Shown: positions 40,740 to 49,840 of the stretch, piece after piece
Numbering within the stretch: position 1 is the stretch's first letter
Layout of the letters: each line of letters starts with the position of its first letter
NCBI GenBank assembly: GCA_963754015.1
Contig: CAVWEG010000009.1
Coordinates: 46,083 to 110,082, forward strand
Direction of reading: 5' to 3'
DNA: 64,000 nucleotides
From: Candidatus Dormiibacterota bacterium
GTDB taxonomy: Bacteria; Chloroflexota; Dormibacteria; Aeolococcales; Aeolococcaceae
Position numbers and translations under genes: made by a program
Notes under the pieces: generated by a model
Databases searched by the model: none
Seen by the model: only the letters and a program-made list of their open reading frames with translations
Told to the model about the DNA's origin: nothing

Positions 40740-41604
40740 TCAGGTGGCGGACGATGGATCGAGGAAGAACTCGAGCTGGATGTTGTCCGGATCTCGAAAA
40801 ACGAGAACAGCGGCTCCAGGAATCGAGTTGGCGGGCGCGATAGGGGAATGGACGACTCCGGCGGCTGTGAGTTGCGTCACCCAGGTCGCCAGTTCCGTGC
40901 GATCCTCGACAGCGAACGCCATGTGATCCAAGCCGACTCGCGTCTCGTCGAACAATTCCTGCTTGCCAGCTCGATGCTCAGTCAGCCCCAACCGAGCGCG
41001 CAAGCCGTCGTGGCGAAGAAACACCTTCCGGCGCGCGCCGTCGGGCGACTCGAACTCGCCGAACTCTCTCGAAGCCGAGCGTCTCCACATACCATTTCGC
41101 ACTGACGTCAACATCTCGGACGGTCAGCCCGAAGTGATGGATGTCTCCACTTCGAGGGGACGGTGCCGTCGGCGCTGGAAACAGGCCGAGCTGTCGCCAG
41201 AGCGTCATGCGATCGGGCAGAAACCACGATTCCACGATCCGGCCGCCGGCGAAGCGGTCAATGCGCATCTCTTCGAACGCGATCGTGGTGCCGGACGGCT
41301 CGACCGCGCCCGTGGGGAGGTTGAGTGGGCCGGTGTGCGTCCCCGAGGCGGACCATCTGCTGGTGACACGGTCTCCCTCGGCAAGCTGGTCGCTGAGCAC
41401 AACCTGAAGATCGGGGAATGCGCCTCGGAGGAGCGCTGCCTGACGCTTGAGCGGGTCGGTACCGACTACGGGACTGACGCCGGGTCCGTGACTGACGACG
41501 TCGGCCGCGAGGATCTCGTCGGCAACGTCGTAGTTGCCACGTCCGAATACCTCCTCATAGAGACGCTTTGACGACTGCTTGTCGACCTCGAGGTCCTCGC
41601 TCAC
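40740..41604 (-). pseudogene. SnoaL-like ester cyclase / VOC (glyoxalase) fusion with one +1 frameshift
   Basis: SnoaL (AFPDL..AEGDRV..GTHTG), then IHHFGLTVRD..WY..LGF; continues in another frame as GEFES..GLDHMAF..FRDPDNIQLE; shift near 41062. Confidence 0.75.
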
Positions 41605-41853
41605 GGAAGCTCCAAAATGAATCCGGTCCCAACATCGTCTCCGGTCAGGCGCTCGGATGCTGTCGAGGCAGCCGGGCTGCAGGCGACCAAGGGTAATGCA
41701 GACGATTCGCGCCGGTTCGCCGCAGCACACCATGTCGATTCGGGTCAGTGACCGAGCCGGTCCGAAGCCCTGCATGCCGTTCACGACCGCGCCGGTCACG
41801 GACATAGAATCGCGGGCAGATCAGCGGCCGAACGCACAACACGGGATTCCTGA

Positions 41854-43587
41854 ATGTCGGACGACGTCCTCCCCGGCGCATCAGAGCCGCGCCTTCGCGA
41901 TGCCACCCAGCGCGCTCCGATCGTCACCCCGGCCGACGCGCCCGACACTCGGCCGCTCCTCGGTGAGTTGCAGCTCGCGACGCTACGCCGCTATGGCGAC
42001 GAGTCGGAGATGGCGCGTGGCGAATTGCTCTTCGCGGAAGGGGACCAGGGCTACGACCTGATCGTGCTGCTCGAAGGCAAGGTCGACATCGTCGACCACT
42101 ACGGGAAGCCGGAGGAGCAGGTGCTCATCTCGTACGGGCCGCGGGAATTCCTTGGCGAGAAAGGGTTGCTCACTGGTCAACGCGTGTTTCTGACGGCCGT
42201 CGCAACCGAGCCCGGACGCGTCCTTCGGGTCCCCGTCGAGCAGGTGCGGACGATCATGGCCGAGGAAGCCGACCTCAGCGACTACCTCCTGCGGGCCTTC
42301 CTGCTCAGGCACATCAGGCTGACGCAGATGGGGGTTGGCCTCACGCTGGTCGGGTCGCGTTTTGACCGCAAGACGCGACGCCTGCTTGACGTGCTCGCCC
42401 GCAACCGGCTGGCATTTCGATGGCTCGAGCTTGAAGGGATGCCGGAGGCCGAGGAGACGCTCCGTCAGCTGGATGTGCCCGCTACCGACCTGCCGCTGAT
42501 CGTCGCTCCCGGCGGTTCGCTCCTTGCCAATCCGACCGATCACGAGCTCCTCGTCGCCCTCGGTCTCACCGCGCCGCCCGTTGACGACGAGGCCGGCGTC
42601 CACGACTTGCTCGTTGTGGGCGGTGGCCCCGCCGGACTTGCCGCAGGTGTGTACGGCGCTTCGGAAGGTTTGCAGACGGTCCTTGTCGAAAACACGGCGA
42701 TCGGCGGCCAGGCCGGCACGTCGTCGCGTATCGAGAACTACCTCGGCTTTCCCGCCGGCCTCTCCGGTGAGGAGCTGGCGGAGCGCGCGGCATTGCAGGC
42801 CGAGAAGTTCGGGGTGCGCATCAAGCTCGGCGCCGGAGCGGTTTCGATGGATTCGAGCGGCGATGCGCACCGAGTGACGCTCGATGGCGGCGAGGTGGTG
42901 GCAGCGCGTTCGGTGATCATCGCCACCGGCGCGCGCTACAACCGGCTGAATCTCGACCGCCTGTCGGACTTCGAAAGCGTGGGCGTCTACTACGCCGCAA
43001 CCCAGATGGAGGCGCAAGCCTGCTCGGGTGGACCGGCGGTCATCGTCGGAGGCGGCAATTCCGCGGGTCAGGCAGCGCTCTTTCTGGCGCGAGCATGTAC
43101 GCATGTGCTGATCGCCATCCGGGGCGACACACTGGCGCGCACGATGTCCAGATACCTCCTCGATGAGATTGCGCGCGAGGCCTGCATCAGCGTCTCGACG
43201 CACACAGAGGTCACGAGTCTCGTCGGTGATAGCCACCTCGAGGCAGTCACGATTCGCGACAACCGTTCGGGGGAGATCGTCACGCACCCAACGTGCGGCC
43301 TGTTCGTCTTCATCGGCGCAACACCGTGCACACAATGGCTCGAAGGCCAGCTCGCCACCGACGAAGACGGGTTCCTGCTCACCGGCAACGACGTCCCGTC
43401 GAGCGTGCTCGATCATCCCGGCTACGAGCCCTTGCTCCTCGAGACGAGCCGCCCAGGCGTGTTCTGCGTCGGCGACGCGAGGAGCAGGTCGATCAAGCGC
43501 GTCGCGACGGCGATCGGCGAAGGCTCGATGGCGGTCCGATTGGTGTTCGACCGGCTCGAAGCGTCGGGCGTGAGCGTCGGCGGATGA
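41854..43587 (+). CDS. cNMP-binding domain / thioredoxin-reductase-like flavoprotein fusion
   Basis: N-terminal cNMP domain; GGGPAG, SSRIENYLGF, GGGNSAGQAA and GD motifs; CxxC replaced by YAAT. Confidence 0.88.
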   Translation: MSDDVLPGASEPRLRDATQRAPIVTPADAPDTRPLLGELQLATLRRYGDESEMARGELLFAEGDQGYDLIVLLEGKVDIVDHYGKPEEQVLISYGPREFLGEKGLLTGQRVFLTAVATEPGRVLRVPVEQVRTIMAEEADLSDYLLRAFLLRHIRLTQMGVGLTLVGSRFDRKTRRLLDVLARNRLAFRWLELEGMPEAEETLRQLDVPATDLPLIVAPGGSLLANPTDHELLVALGLTAPPVDDEAGVHDLLVVGGGPAGLAAGVYGASEGLQTVLVENTAIGGQAGTSSRIENYLGFPAGLSGEELAERAALQAEKFGVRIKLGAGAVSMDSSGDAHRVTLDGGEVVAARSVIIATGARYNRLNLDRLSDFESVGVYYAATQMEAQACSGGPAVIVGGGNSAGQAALFLARACTHVLIAIRGDTLARTMSRYLLDEIAREACISVSTHTEVTSLVGDSHLEAVTIRDNRSGEIVTHPTCGLFVFIGATPCTQWLEGQLATDEDGFLLTGNDVPSSVLDHPGYEPLLLETSRPGVFCVGDARSRSIKRVATAIGEGSMAVRLVFDRLEASGVSVGG

Positions 43588-43816
43588 CGCTGGTGACGCT
43601 GACCCGCCTGATGGGCGCGCGCCGACGCCGGGAAGGGGGGACGGCGACGCCCAACATGGGGGTCTCGACACGTGGGCGTCGCCATCAGGAAGGGATGTGG
43701 GTTTCTCGGAAGGATTCGATCGTCGTCGCATATCGGGCCGCGCGATCGCACCATCGCCGGACGATCGCGTTACAAAACGCTCGACCTGAATTGGCGGGAT
43801 CCGTTTCCTGGAGGAG

Positions 43817-44485
43817 TTGATCGTGCCGGAGCGACCAGAAACCCCCGGTCACGATCCGTTCGGCGGCCGGCTCCCGACCAGCCACGAACGGATGTCGGGC
43901 CGGCCCTGGGATGCGTCGTACCAGGACGGCGCTGCGCCGTGGGACGTCGGCGTGCCGCAACCGGCGATCGAGCGTGTGGTGCTGGGCGACGGGCTCGTCG
44001 GACCGGTCCTCGACGCCGGCTGTGGCACCGGCGAGAACACGCTGCTCATCGCGTCGCGGGGATTGCAGGTGCTTGGCATTGACGTGGCCGAGACCGCAAT
44101 CGCGATGGCACGCGAGAAAGCCCAGGCGCGAGGGATCGACGCTGAATTCGCCAACGCCGACGCACTGCACCTGGAGCGTCTCGGGCGCACGTTTGCGACC
44201 ATCATCGACAGCGGGCTCTTCCACAGCTTCGAAGGCGGCGAACGAGCCCAGTACGCCGCGAGCCTCGCGTCGGTGACCGTCCGCGACGGCACCGCCTACG
44301 TGCTGTGTTTCAGCAACGTCGGGCCGGACATCGGCCCGCACCCGGTGAGCCCGGAAGAGTTGCGAGCGGCATTCAGCGCCGGCAGCGGATGGAACGTCGT
44401 CGACATCGAAACGGACCGGCTGCTGACGACATTCAACGATGAGTACGGGGCGCCGGCCTGGCTCGCGACCATCAAGCGTCTCTAG
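43817..44485 (+). CDS. Class I SAM-dependent methyltransferase
   Basis: APWD, VLDAGCGTG and DSGLFH motifs; SD GGAGGAG. Confidence 0.88.
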   Translation: MIVPERPETPGHDPFGGRLPTSHERMSGRPWDASYQDGAAPWDVGVPQPAIERVVLGDGLVGPVLDAGCGTGENTLLIASRGLQVLGIDVAETAIAMAREKAQARGIDAEFANADALHLERLGRTFATIIDSGLFHSFEGGERAQYAASLASVTVRDGTAYVLCFSNVGPDIGPHPVSPEELRAAFSAGSGWNVVDIETDRLLTTFNDEYGAPAWLATIKRL

Positions 44486-44621
44486 GGATCGGGCTCGGCC
44501 AGCTTGCGCCGATGCGACACGGGCAAAGCGCCCCATTACTTGACACCTCCGGTATCAGCAGAAGATAGTGTCCAGCTACATAGCCTGAGCACAGGCTCGG
44601 ACCCGTGCCCCGCACTGGGAT

Positions 44622-47138
44622 ATGGAGATGCCAATGAAGCCAGGACACCCTCGGATCGGGTGGTGGGCGGTCTCGCTCGCCTGCACTGTTGTTGCCGCAG
44701 CAGCGGTAGCAGGCCCCGCCGGCGTTCGCGCCGCGAGTGCAACGACGTACATCCCGAACGTGCTCCCCGGGCTATCGCTTGCCACGCTGGTCGGGCCAGC
44801 GCCCGCAAGCCAGACGATGCGGCTCGACATCGCTCTCAACCATCCGAACACCGCCGGTGAACAGGCCGCATATGCGGCGATGTACAACCCGGCGAGCCTC
44901 ACCTATCACCAATTCCTCACGCCCGCGCAATACGACTCGCGTTTTGGGGTCAGCCAGACGACTGCGAGCTCCGTCAGCAGCTGGCTCACCGGTGGCGGTC
45001 TCAACGTTTTCTACGAGGCGCCGAGTCGTGACCTCTTCGCGGTGTCCGGCACCGTCGCGCAGATCGAAGCGCTGTTCCAGACGCCAATCAACGCTTACAC
45101 CGCAGGGAGCATTCACTTCCTCGCCAATCCGCTGCAGCCGGCGATCCCCGCGGCGCTGCCGGTCGAAAGTGTCATCGGCCTCAACACCCTCGAGCAGTTC
45201 TACACGACCACCGGTCAGGCCGGCGAGCGCCCCCAGGCCACTGTCACCACCGGTACGGGATCGAGCCCCTGCAATCTGGTGGAAGCCGGCATCTGCGTCG
45301 GCGACTATCAGCCTCAGGATCTCTGGAAGGTGTACGACATGCCGTCGAGTGACGAGGGCCAGGGGCAGACCCTGGGCATCTTCATGGAGGGTGTTACTGC
45401 CTCGGTTGTCGCCAACCTCCGGGTGTTCGAGCAGCGCATGAACCTCCCCGAGGTCCCCGTCACCGTGGTGCCGGCCCCCAATCCCAGCGACACCTCCGGA
45501 CCGACGGACAACTCAGGCGGTCTCGAGTGGGACCTCGACTCCGATGCCTCGACCGGCATGGCGCCGCTCGTGAATCGCCTCTACTACTACGACGCGAACT
45601 CGCTGTACGACGCCGACGTCGAGACCGAGTTCAGCAAATGGGCCGATGATGCGAGCGGCCCGCTGCAGATGAACGCGAGCTTCGGCGAATGCGAGACGAA
45701 CCCCGGGAATCCCATCACCGGCGGCGCGCTCGATCCGCAGCTTCCGTTCGGCCAGGGGCTCGGCGACAACCTCGAACCGGTCGCTGAAGGAACCTTGAAG
45801 CAGGCTGCGCTCGAGGGCCGGACGCTCTTCGCGTCGGCAGGCGACACCGGCGGCTCGTGCCCGGCAGTAGCCGCGCCGATCATCGGTGCAGGCAATGGCA
45901 TCGCCAACGAGGGTTATCCCGCGATCAACTATCCCTGCGGCAGTGACTTCGCGGTCTGTGTCGGCGGTACCGTGCTTTATACCAACGTCGACAGCAACAA
46001 CGACGTGACCAGTCGCAACACCGAGTACACGTGGACCCACACCGGGGGCGGCAGCTCGCTCTTCATCGGTCAGCCGGACTTCCAGCAGAGGTACCTGGGC
46101 AGCACTGCCAAACCGGCCGGCTTTCTCCCCCAACCCTGCACGCTGAGCTACAGCCTCGCGATTTATCCGACCGGCACGGTGTGCCGGACTGTCCCCGATA
46201 TCGCCGCGCAGTCAGGTGACGTCCTGACGAACGGCTACGACACCAACTTCGACATGTTCTCGTCCGCCAGCGGTGGGACGAGCCTGTCCTCACCGCTCTC
46301 GGTGGGCATGTGGGCGCGAATCCAGGCGGCGGCGCCACTCGTCAAGCACAAGGCGGTCGGACTGGGTTTTGCGGACGAGACCATCTACCGCGTTGCGACG
46401 GGTGCGCATGGAACCGGCTCAACGACGAAGCCCTCGTTCACTGACATCACCGTCGGCTCGAACGTGCAGCACGTGGCTGCGACCGGCTATGACGAGACCT
46501 CCGGATGGGGCGTCTTCGATGTCGCCAACTTCATTGCGGATCCGCTCGGCGACAACAACCCGACGGCAACTCCGACCGCGCCGAAAGCGCAGGCAGCGGT
46601 TCCAGCGGAGCCACTCGCGAGCGCATGCCAGGCACTCTTCACGACGTACACGGGGAATGCGACAGACCCCGCGACCGACATGAATGACGCCAACCTCGAC
46701 ATCACGTCTGGAAGCCTCAGCCTGGTCGGCACGACACTGGTCGCGCAACTGCACGGCCCGTCGCTTGCCCCCGGCACCGATGTCGCGGGCACCAACGGCA
46801 CGGAGTACTCCCTGCTCTGGACCTATGCCGGCACCACGTACTACGCGATGGCATACGTCGATCCGACGGGAACGCAGGTCTTCTACAACGACGGCAACAC
46901 TAACGACGGCTCGTTTCTGCCGCCGACGAGCAGCAACATCACCGGGAGCTTTGCCGGCGGAACGCTGACGATGAACGTCCCCCTCGCCGATGTCGGCAAC
47001 CCCCCGACGGGAGCTGTGTTGACCTACCCGTACGGCCTGACACGCGCGGTGAACGATCCGGCACTCGTGCCATTCACCGTCGACACCGGGGGATCGCAGC
47101 GCGCGTACTCCGTCGGGCGGACGTGCAAGACGGCATAA
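44622..47138 (+). CDS. Secreted sedolisin (S53 serine-carboxyl peptidase) with prodomain and C-terminal beta domain
   Basis: Signal peptide, prodomain YHQFLTP, EWDLD, SAGDTG, GGTSLSSP and GYDETSGWG motifs. Confidence 0.9.
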   Translation: MEMPMKPGHPRIGWWAVSLACTVVAAAAVAGPAGVRAASATTYIPNVLPGLSLATLVGPAPASQTMRLDIALNHPNTAGEQAAYAAMYNPASLTYHQFLTPAQYDSRFGVSQTTASSVSSWLTGGGLNVFYEAPSRDLFAVSGTVAQIEALFQTPINAYTAGSIHFLANPLQPAIPAALPVESVIGLNTLEQFYTTTGQAGERPQATVTTGTGSSPCNLVEAGICVGDYQPQDLWKVYDMPSSDEGQGQTLGIFMEGVTASVVANLRVFEQRMNLPEVPVTVVPAPNPSDTSGPTDNSGGLEWDLDSDASTGMAPLVNRLYYYDANSLYDADVETEFSKWADDASGPLQMNASFGECETNPGNPITGGALDPQLPFGQGLGDNLEPVAEGTLKQAALEGRTLFASAGDTGGSCPAVAAPIIGAGNGIANEGYPAINYPCGSDFAVCVGGTVLYTNVDSNNDVTSRNTEYTWTHTGGGSSLFIGQPDFQQRYLGSTAKPAGFLPQPCTLSYSLAIYPTGTVCRTVPDIAAQSGDVLTNGYDTNFDMFSSASGGTSLSSPLSVGMWARIQAAAPLVKHKAVGLGFADETIYRVATGAHGTGSTTKPSFTDITVGSNVQHVAATGYDETSGWGVFDVANFIADPLGDNNPTATPTAPKAQAAVPAEPLASACQALFTTYTGNATDPATDMNDANLDITSGSLSLVGTTLVAQLHGPSLAPGTDVAGTNGTEYSLLWTYAGTTYYAMAYVDPTGTQVFYNDGNTNDGSFLPPTSSNITGSFAGGTLTMNVPLADVGNPPTGAVLTYPYGLTRAVNDPALVPFTVDTGGSQRAYSVGRTCKTA

Positions 47139-47195
47139 GACACCATTCGTAGCGATGAGCCGGTCGGAGTCTCACCCCTCCGACCGGCCAGTCGG

Positions 47196-49712
47196 TCAAG
47201 CGGGCGGCGTCGTCGCCTCCAACTGCACCGTCTCGCTGAGTCGGAGATCTCTCGAGGAGCTCCCCGCGCGCACCGTGTATGTCCCGGGACGCCAGACCCA
47301 GTCGTGGGCGTCAGGATCGAAACGGGCGAACGCGCGAGCCGGAATCACCAACTGCGCTTCGACGGATTCGCCCGCGTCGGCGTCGACGATCGCGAACGCC
47401 GAAAGCGTGCGGAGCGGCCGGCTGGGATCGTCGTCCGGAGCCTCGAGGTAGACCTGCACCACCTCGCGGCCGGCGCGGCTGCCCGCGTTGCGCACCTGGA
47501 CCCTGAGTGACAGCGCCGCGTTCGCCTGCACACTGGCGGAGTCGATCGCGAGCCACTCGTAACTCCATTCGGTGTACCCGAGACCATGACCGAAACAGAA
47601 GAGCGGCTCGCGGCCGCTGCGATCGAATCCGCGGTACCCGACGAGGAGGCCTTCCGCATAGTCGAGCTCGCCCGCCTTTGGCGTTGCATGGAACACCGGT
47701 GAGTCATCCTCCTCACGAGGAATCGAAATCGGCAACCTGCCGCCGGGCTCGACGACCCCCAGCAGGCAGTCAGTCAGCGCCTCGCCGAACGCCTGTCCCG
47801 GGAACCAGACCTGCATGACGGCCGCAACGTCGTCGACCCACGGCATGAGCACAGGCATTCCGGTGTTGACCACGACGACGGTCTTTGGCTGCGCCGCGGC
47901 AACACGCCGCACCAACTCGTCCTGCCGTCCCGGCAGCGACAGCGTCTCGCGGTCATAGCCTTCGCTCTCCGTCCCTTCTGCCGATCCGACGACAACGATC
48001 GCGACGTCGGCATTCGCTGCTGCGGCAACCGCTTCGGCGAGCAAGTCATCCTCATTGCGCTGCGGCGTGACGCCGAGTCGCATCGTGACGAAGCCAGGCT
48101 CGGAGCCTCGCAGCGTGGGCCGGAACGTTGCGCAAATCTCCACGTCGTTGCCGCTTGTCAGGTGCACCGGCACACGCAACTCGGGTGGACGGGAGAGTGC
48201 CTCGACCACCTCATTGGGGGGCAGGGTGGTCGCCTCGGCGACAACGGCGCCGTCGATCGCGAGACTGAGGACGCCGACGCCGGCCAGGCCGATCATGTGC
48301 GTCCCGTTGGTGGCTGCGCGATAGCGTGCGCGCATGAGCAACTCCGAGCCGGGACGATGCACCACGTCAGGCAGGCCGTCCCACCACGTGAGCACGCTGC
48401 TCGGATGGAACGCGTCGTATCGCACCGCGCCGGTGGCATCACGAACTTCGACGCGCACACCGATGTCCTCGGTGATCGGATCGCGCATGCTCCCATCGCC
48501 TGGCGGCGGTATCGTCGCCCACGTTAGGCAGCCTTGCTGCACATCCACTTCATCGAACTCACCGAGTGAGCGCATCGAATCGACGATGCCGGGGCGGCGG
48601 ACCGGGAGCACCCGCACACTGCCGCCGCCCTGCGTCTGCGGATCCGCGACATTCGGCCCGATGAGTGCGATCCGTCGCACGGTGGCGCTGTCGAGGGGTA
48701 GCAGCGCGTCCTGATTGCGGAGTAGCACGAACGATCGCGACGTCACCTCGCGCAGGAGCGCCGGATCGACGAGGGACTGCATCGCCGGTGCCGCCGCTTC
48801 GTGCCCGTCCGGCAACTCCGCATGCGGCATGCCATTGAGCGCCCCGACGCGGCGAGCGAGGCTCAGCAGCCGCGCAACCTTGTCGTCGATGGCCGCCTCG
48901 GGTACGGTCCCGGCGCGAACGGCATCGACGAGCAGATTGCCCCACGGCCCATGAGGTCCAGGCATCACCAGGTCCAGCCCTGCGATGGCCGCCGGCTCCG
49001 TCGTCCTCGCCGCGTGCCAGTCGGAGACGACGACGCCCTGGAATCCCCACTCATCCTTCAGCAGATCCCGAAGCAGTGGTGAATTTGCCGTCATCGAGCT
49101 TCCGTTGACGGAGTTGTACGCCGCCATGACCAAGGCCACGTCAGCGTCGAACACGCACGCTTCAAACGGAATGAGATAGAGCTCCCGCAACACCTGCTCG
49201 GTGACCCGCGCATCGTAGGTCCGGCGATCCGTCTCGGAATCGTTGGCGACGTAATGCTTGGCGGTCGCGCCCACGCCGGACTGCTGCACGCCACGCACGT
49301 AGGCGACGGCGAGACGTGCAGTCAGCAGCGGATCCTCGGAGAAGCATTCGAAGCCTCGCCCGCTGAGTGGCGTCCGGATGATGTTGACCGTGGGAGCGAG
49401 CAGCACATCAACGTCTTTTGAGCGTGCTTCCTCGCCCAGCGCAAGCGCTACCTCGGCAACGAGATGCTCATCCCAGGTGGCGCCCAATGCCACAGGACAG
49501 GGCAACGAGGACGCGGGGTGATGTGGGTCGAAGGCGCGCCCGCGGACACCGGACGGCCCGTCCGACATGATCAACGTGCGAAGGCCGACGGTGTTGATGG
49601 CGTTGAGCGACCAGGCGTCCGCACCTGTCAGCAGAAGAACCTTCTGCTCGAGGCTGAGCCGCATGAGCAGCCCAAACTCGTCACTGCTGGTGCCGATAGC
49701 CGTGCCGTTCAT
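47196..49712 (-). CDS. GH3 beta-glucosidase with a PA14-like insert and Fn3-like domain
   Basis: SDGPSGVRG, FECFSEDP, KHYVAND, VVSDW, ESEGYDR and FGHGLGYT motifs. Confidence 0.93.
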   Translation of the reverse strand: MNGTAIGTSSDEFGLLMRLSLEQKVLLLTGADAWSLNAINTVGLRTLIMSDGPSGVRGRAFDPHHPASSLPCPVALGATWDEHLVAEVALALGEEARSKDVDVLLAPTVNIIRTPLSGRGFECFSEDPLLTARLAVAYVRGVQQSGVGATAKHYVANDSETDRRTYDARVTEQVLRELYLIPFEACVFDADVALVMAAYNSVNGSSMTANSPLLRDLLKDEWGFQGVVVSDWHAARTTEPAAIAGLDLVMPGPHGPWGNLLVDAVRAGTVPEAAIDDKVARLLSLARRVGALNGMPHAELPDGHEAAAPAMQSLVDPALLREVTSRSFVLLRNQDALLPLDSATVRRIALIGPNVADPQTQGGGSVRVLPVRRPGIVDSMRSLGEFDEVDVQQGCLTWATIPPPGDGSMRDPITEDIGVRVEVRDATGAVRYDAFHPSSVLTWWDGLPDVVHRPGSELLMRARYRAATNGTHMIGLAGVGVLSLAIDGAVVAEATTLPPNEVVEALSRPPELRVPVHLTSGNDVEICATFRPTLRGSEPGFVTMRLGVTPQRNEDDLLAEAVAAAANADVAIVVVGSAEGTESEGYDRETLSLPGRQDELVRRVAAAQPKTVVVVNTGMPVLMPWVDDVAAVMQVWFPGQAFGEALTDCLLGVVEPGGRLPISIPREEDDSPVFHATPKAGELDYAEGLLVGYRGFDRSGREPLFCFGHGLGYTEWSYEWLAIDSASVQANAALSLRVQVRNAGSRAGREVVQVYLEAPDDDPSRPLRTLSAFAIVDADAGESVEAQLVIPARAFARFDPDAHDWVWRPGTYTVRAGSSSRDLRLSETVQLEATTPPA

Positions 49713-49752
49713 GGTTGCCTTTCCTTTCAATTGATTCGGTCCAGTGCGCACC

Positions 49753-49796
49753 GGGTCCGGGTGTCCGGCCGGCGCGATGCCGGCCGGACGGGACCC
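49753..49796. terminator. GC-rich stem-loop between the SBP and GH3 genes (stabiliser or attenuator)
   Basis: GTCCGGCCGGC-GCGAT-GCCGGCCGGAC, extended by GGGTCC/GGACCC. Confidence 0.55.
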
Positions 49797-49840
49797 TGAC
49801 CATCTCCGTGATGGTGACGATTCGTTGTGGTGGTATGAGT

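Noticed and set aside
41700-41805. RIDMVCCGEPARIV on the minus strand resembles a proline-racemase N-terminus (IDxHxxGEPxRI)
   Set aside because: Too short, the conserved His is missing and nothing continues the similarity
41983-43731. 582-aa minus-strand ORF, and similar long antisense ORFs (357-1793, 4276-5724, 6164-7429, 61798-63459)
   Set aside because: Antisense shadows of well-supported genes; long stop-free frames are expected at high GC and they carry no motifs
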